From Lingula anatina (lineage: Eukaryota > Animalia > Brachiopoda), in contig CM120646.1 of assembly GCA_051362555.1 (NCBI GenBank), forward strand, positions 11,160,001-11,224,000: a stretch of 64,000 nt of DNA. Reading direction: 5' to 3'. This document shows positions 62,101-64,000 of the stretch, in pieces (the first letter of the stretch is position 1; every line of letters begins with the position of its first letter). The position numbers and the translations under genes were made by a program. The notes under the pieces are model-generated. The model worked only from the letters and a program-made list of their open reading frames with translations. It was not told the origin of the DNA and made no database searches.

Positions 62101-63282
62101 GAAATTGCCGGCTAACCAAATATTTTTGTGAAGAATACATTTCTTTCCTTCACATACTGGACAATTATGTAGATCACCTTACCGTTGATTTCCAAGGTAA
62201 ATGATTTGGTAGAAGTTGCCCCATTAATTGTTCCTTTACAGGTGTAAAGTCCAGCATCCTCCATCCGCACTTTCTTGAATTGTAACAGTAGTCCTGACGG
62301 CTCACGAGATATGTAAATCCCTGTCCTAAATGGGAAATTCTTATTAATAATGATGATAATACAAACTATGGCCAACTTTACTGGGTTCTATTTGGTACAT
62401 TGTCACATTTGTCAGCTCTCTATACTAATAAATTTATGAATTTATTATTCAATATTTATTATCATTATTATTTTTTGGGAGGGGGGGTGGCTTAACAATA
62501 AATACGTTTCATTACTTTTCAAAAGTAATACAATCGGTAAGAATAAACAGGGAACAAGACAGGGATGATCTATTCTAGAAGCTTTACTTTCAGGACATCT
62601 TTTAGTTATGTCTGCACAATCAGTCCGTGCCACTAAACACAATGAACCTCCCCCCACTGTTGTTGCAGCCTATCTCAACAAACACAATGAAGCTTCCAAA
62701 CTGTTCTGACGTCTCAACAACAGCAAATTAACTTTTAAGAGAATAACAAGCACATTTTCTTACTCTGCATGAACCAGGATCTAAAATTTTCCTTTGCATT
62801 AACATTGCACCAAATATAAAAGATACATATGTTAGTCAAAACAAAGTACACTTTCTTCAGTCAATTTACTCGCAGTATCTGTTGAAAAAAAGACTACCCC
62901 CCCCCCCCCCCCCCCAACAATCTTCCTCAAATCAACCTACCTTTGTAGGAATGCTTGCATAATCAGCTATATGACCAATACAAGCTTAAGTGACATATAT
63001 GTTTAAGCAAAATCAGCATTTTTCTTCTGAACGTTACTTAAATTGTATATTAGTCTAACACCTGTGGAACATAAACACTGGAAAAAAACTATACTTACTC
63101 TAAAGGTATAACAGTTGAAGTAATTTCTCTCTCTGGAATAATGTCACTTCCAAGGTACCATTGAAAATCTACTTGATCCTGGCTCGTCACTCCTGGTGCT
63201 TCACATGTCACTACAATGTTGCTGTCTAAATTCTTCTTTATTACCGGACTATCAGGCAATAAGGCGACGCTGGACTGTTGCA
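34640..63282 (-). CDS. Fas2: NCAM / Fasciclin-2 / apCAM-type cell adhesion molecule (5 Ig + 2 FN3 + TM + acidic tail); signal-peptide exon not found in the window
   Basis: Ectodomain exons 63282-63099, 62325-62183, 61713-61561, 61225-61085, 60716-60604, 60174-59967, 59354-59206, 58875-58716, 58541-58342, 58031-57926, 57481-57314, 56940-56821, 56539-56412, 55850-55643; TM exon 39314-39089; tail exons 35249-35192 and 34729-34640. All phases are consistent. Ig motifs DAGLYTC, DEGPYTC, DDRGNYTC; TM GLSTGAIIGIVIAIFFVLLIILDVSCYFINNCG and C-terminal ESKA match vertebrate NCAM. Confidence 0.93.
37525..37596 (-). CDS. NCAM/Fas2 cytoplasmic cassette exon (72 nt, phase 2-2, acidic/PEST-like)
   Basis: ttgttatcgcag acceptor, gtaaga donor; encodes ECKQPLPEDDEILPIDGATEAGE. 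Confidence 0.75.
38201..38266 (-). CDS. NCAM/Fas2 cytoplasmic cassette exon (66 nt, phase 2-2, acidic)
   Basis: gtttcctatag acceptor, gtaaga donor; encodes DEGNDVQILVEDHDNGEDNLE. Confidence 0.75.
39089..39314 (-). CDS. NCAM/Fas2 transmembrane exon B (canonical, phase 1-2)
   Basis: ctttacttttag acceptor, gtaggt donor; GLSTGAIIGIVIAIFFVLLIILDVSCYFINNCGVLMCMCTQLCGKK. Confidence 0.9.
39387..39705 (-). CDS. NCAM/Fas2 transmembrane exon A (divergent duplicate, phase 1-2)
   Basis: cattttttcag acceptor, gtgagt donor; 319 nt open; IVIVIGVIVVIIVLTAVDVACYFTARCGIMHLVMTRCVRKRRR shares the DVxCYFxxxCG motif with exon B. Confidence 0.85.
40216..40260 (-). CDS. NCAM/Fas2 stalk mini-exon (45 nt, phase 1-1, Ser/Thr/Pro-rich)
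   Basis: ttttataacaactag acceptor, gtgagt donor; encodes STPSYTTPIPIGTK. Confidence 0.7.
42093..42158 (-). CDS. NCAM/Fas2 stalk mini-exon (66 nt, phase 1-1, three N-glycosylation sequons)
   Basis: ttctgtgtcctgttatag acceptor, gtaagt donor; encodes PNTTLSYAAENTTLSLGNQST. Confidence 0.7.
44901..44930 (-). CDS. NCAM/Fas2 stalk mini-exon (30 nt, phase 1-1)
   Basis: gtgtttatgtttgtag acceptor, gtatgt donor; encodes PYQPTDGTE. Confidence 0.6.
46789..46821 (-). CDS. Candidate NCAM/Fas2 stalk mini-exon (33 nt, phase 1-1)
   Basis: ttttgcattgcag acceptor; encodes LEFSTPTESH; the donor gttgat is weak. Confidence 0.35.
49847..49953 (-). CDS. NCAM/Fas2 alternative terminal exon encoding a GPI-anchor signal
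   Basis: ttttgcatttcag acceptor; phase 1 matches the last FN3 exon; encodes QVNNPGKVTDRNPAGAVNSLTYLTLLAAMIATLL-stop (small residues, spacer, hydrophobic C-terminus, no cytoplasmic tail). Confidence 0.8.
56292..56440. repeat. Three degenerate tandem copies (about 50 bp) of an exon-end/5' splice-site segment
   Basis: Repeated motif TGA.CCTCAAA.GACT.AC...CCT.TA.TT...GTAACTT; donor-like sites at 56410, 56361 and 56309. Confidence 0.75.
59014..59185. repeat. Compound (TG)n/(GA)n microsatellite block
   Basis: Direct reading of the sequence. Confidence 0.9.
60816..61026 (+). mobile_element. Decayed interspersed repeat fragment, possibly Helentron-associated (HINE-like)
   Basis: AACTGGAAAAGTACTCAAGAGTG...GTGAAGAATCCTT...GGATCACCACCAAAATCTAATC...CAAAATCC.TCCATAACTTTT resembles, from memory, a widespread non-autonomous repeat of aquatic animals. 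Not verified by search. Confidence 0.35.
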
Positions 63283-63348
63283 CTGTAATGATCAGAAGAA
63301 AAGAGATGTAAAATACATGTTTGACATACATTTCAGCTATCTTTCGTA

Positions 63349-63420
63349 TATAGGGTGTTCCAAAAAATGTACCCATTTAGAAACTAAATAACTCTTCTGA
63401 AATTTACACTTCAGATGACA
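63349..63420 (+). mobile_element. Possible Tc1/mariner-type terminal repeat remnant
   Basis: TA followed by TAGGGTGTTCCAAAAAATG resembles mariner-like termini; no partner TIR was seen in the window. Confidence 0.25.
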
Positions 63421-64000
63421 TTTTTTAATTATTTTTCTTTATCCTGATATATTTTCAATGTATTGGGAATGTTTCAACAACTGTATATTCGCATTCAAAT
63501 CACACTTTTGAATTAAACCAGTGATAAATGGACAACAAAATCTTAGTTTCCTTAGCCAAGTTAGAATATCTTAAGCATTTAGCTAAAATTTATTTAGTAG
63601 TTTCCTAAACCAAGAATATCTTTTAAAATTAAGCCAAAATTACACAGAGAGTCAACAAATAAAAGTTTGGTTTGTGGTTAATGCAGAGGTTTCTCTCGCC
63701 ACAGGTATGCCTGATATCCACACATTAACCTAACCTTATCACCTCTTAATAGCTGAGAGAAATACATGTCATTTAATACTCTTGAGTGCTTTTACAGACT
63801 TCTACTACAGGAATCAGTAAAGCCTCTAAGACTGTTGTAACTGTTTTTCCAAAGTCAGGCCCGTACTATAGGGTCAGTCATCAGGACAGTGTGAAGAATA
63901 TTAAGTCTACAACCAAATTTCTGTACAACAGAGAGGCAAATCTTAGATCAAAATGCTAAATGATATGTCTGGCCATCCATACTACCCTACTGAATGAAGT

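Noticed and set aside
1-64000. Prokaryotic-type systems (CRISPR arrays, operons, defence islands)
   Set aside because: The sequence is spliced eukaryotic DNA; no repeat-spacer arrays were seen.

Overview
AT-rich, intron-rich animal genomic DNA, probably a lophotrochozoan such as a mollusc (inferred, not shown). Five host genes were reconstructed by hand from GT-AG sites and consistent exon phases: the 3' part of a GRAMD1/Aster sterol transporter (+), complete TMEM147 (-), complete Flattop/CFAP126 (+, head-to-head with TMEM147), complete SMG9 (-), and most of an NCAM/Fasciclin-2/apCAM gene (-, 5 Ig + 2 FN3). SMG9 intron 3 holds an intact, very young Ty3/Gypsy Mag-like LTR retrotransposon (identical 279-bp LTRs, 5-bp TSD, tRNA-Leu PBS, PPT, one open gag-pol ORF). 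Several fold-back MITEs are present, including two copies of a CACTA-ended element with 3-bp TSDs. The main result is a membrane-anchor splicing system in the NCAM/Fas2 gene that the ORF track mostly misses: a GPI-signal terminal exon, several frame-preserving stalk mini-exons, a candidate 4-nt microexon, two tandem paralogous transmembrane exons that cannot be joined in frame (Dscam-like mutual exclusion) and two acidic cytoplasmic cassette exons. Also notable are a phased RFX X-box array downstream of the ciliary gene Flattop, and the fact that the human homologues of all five genes fall in one paralogon. All splice models are predictions from sequence only.
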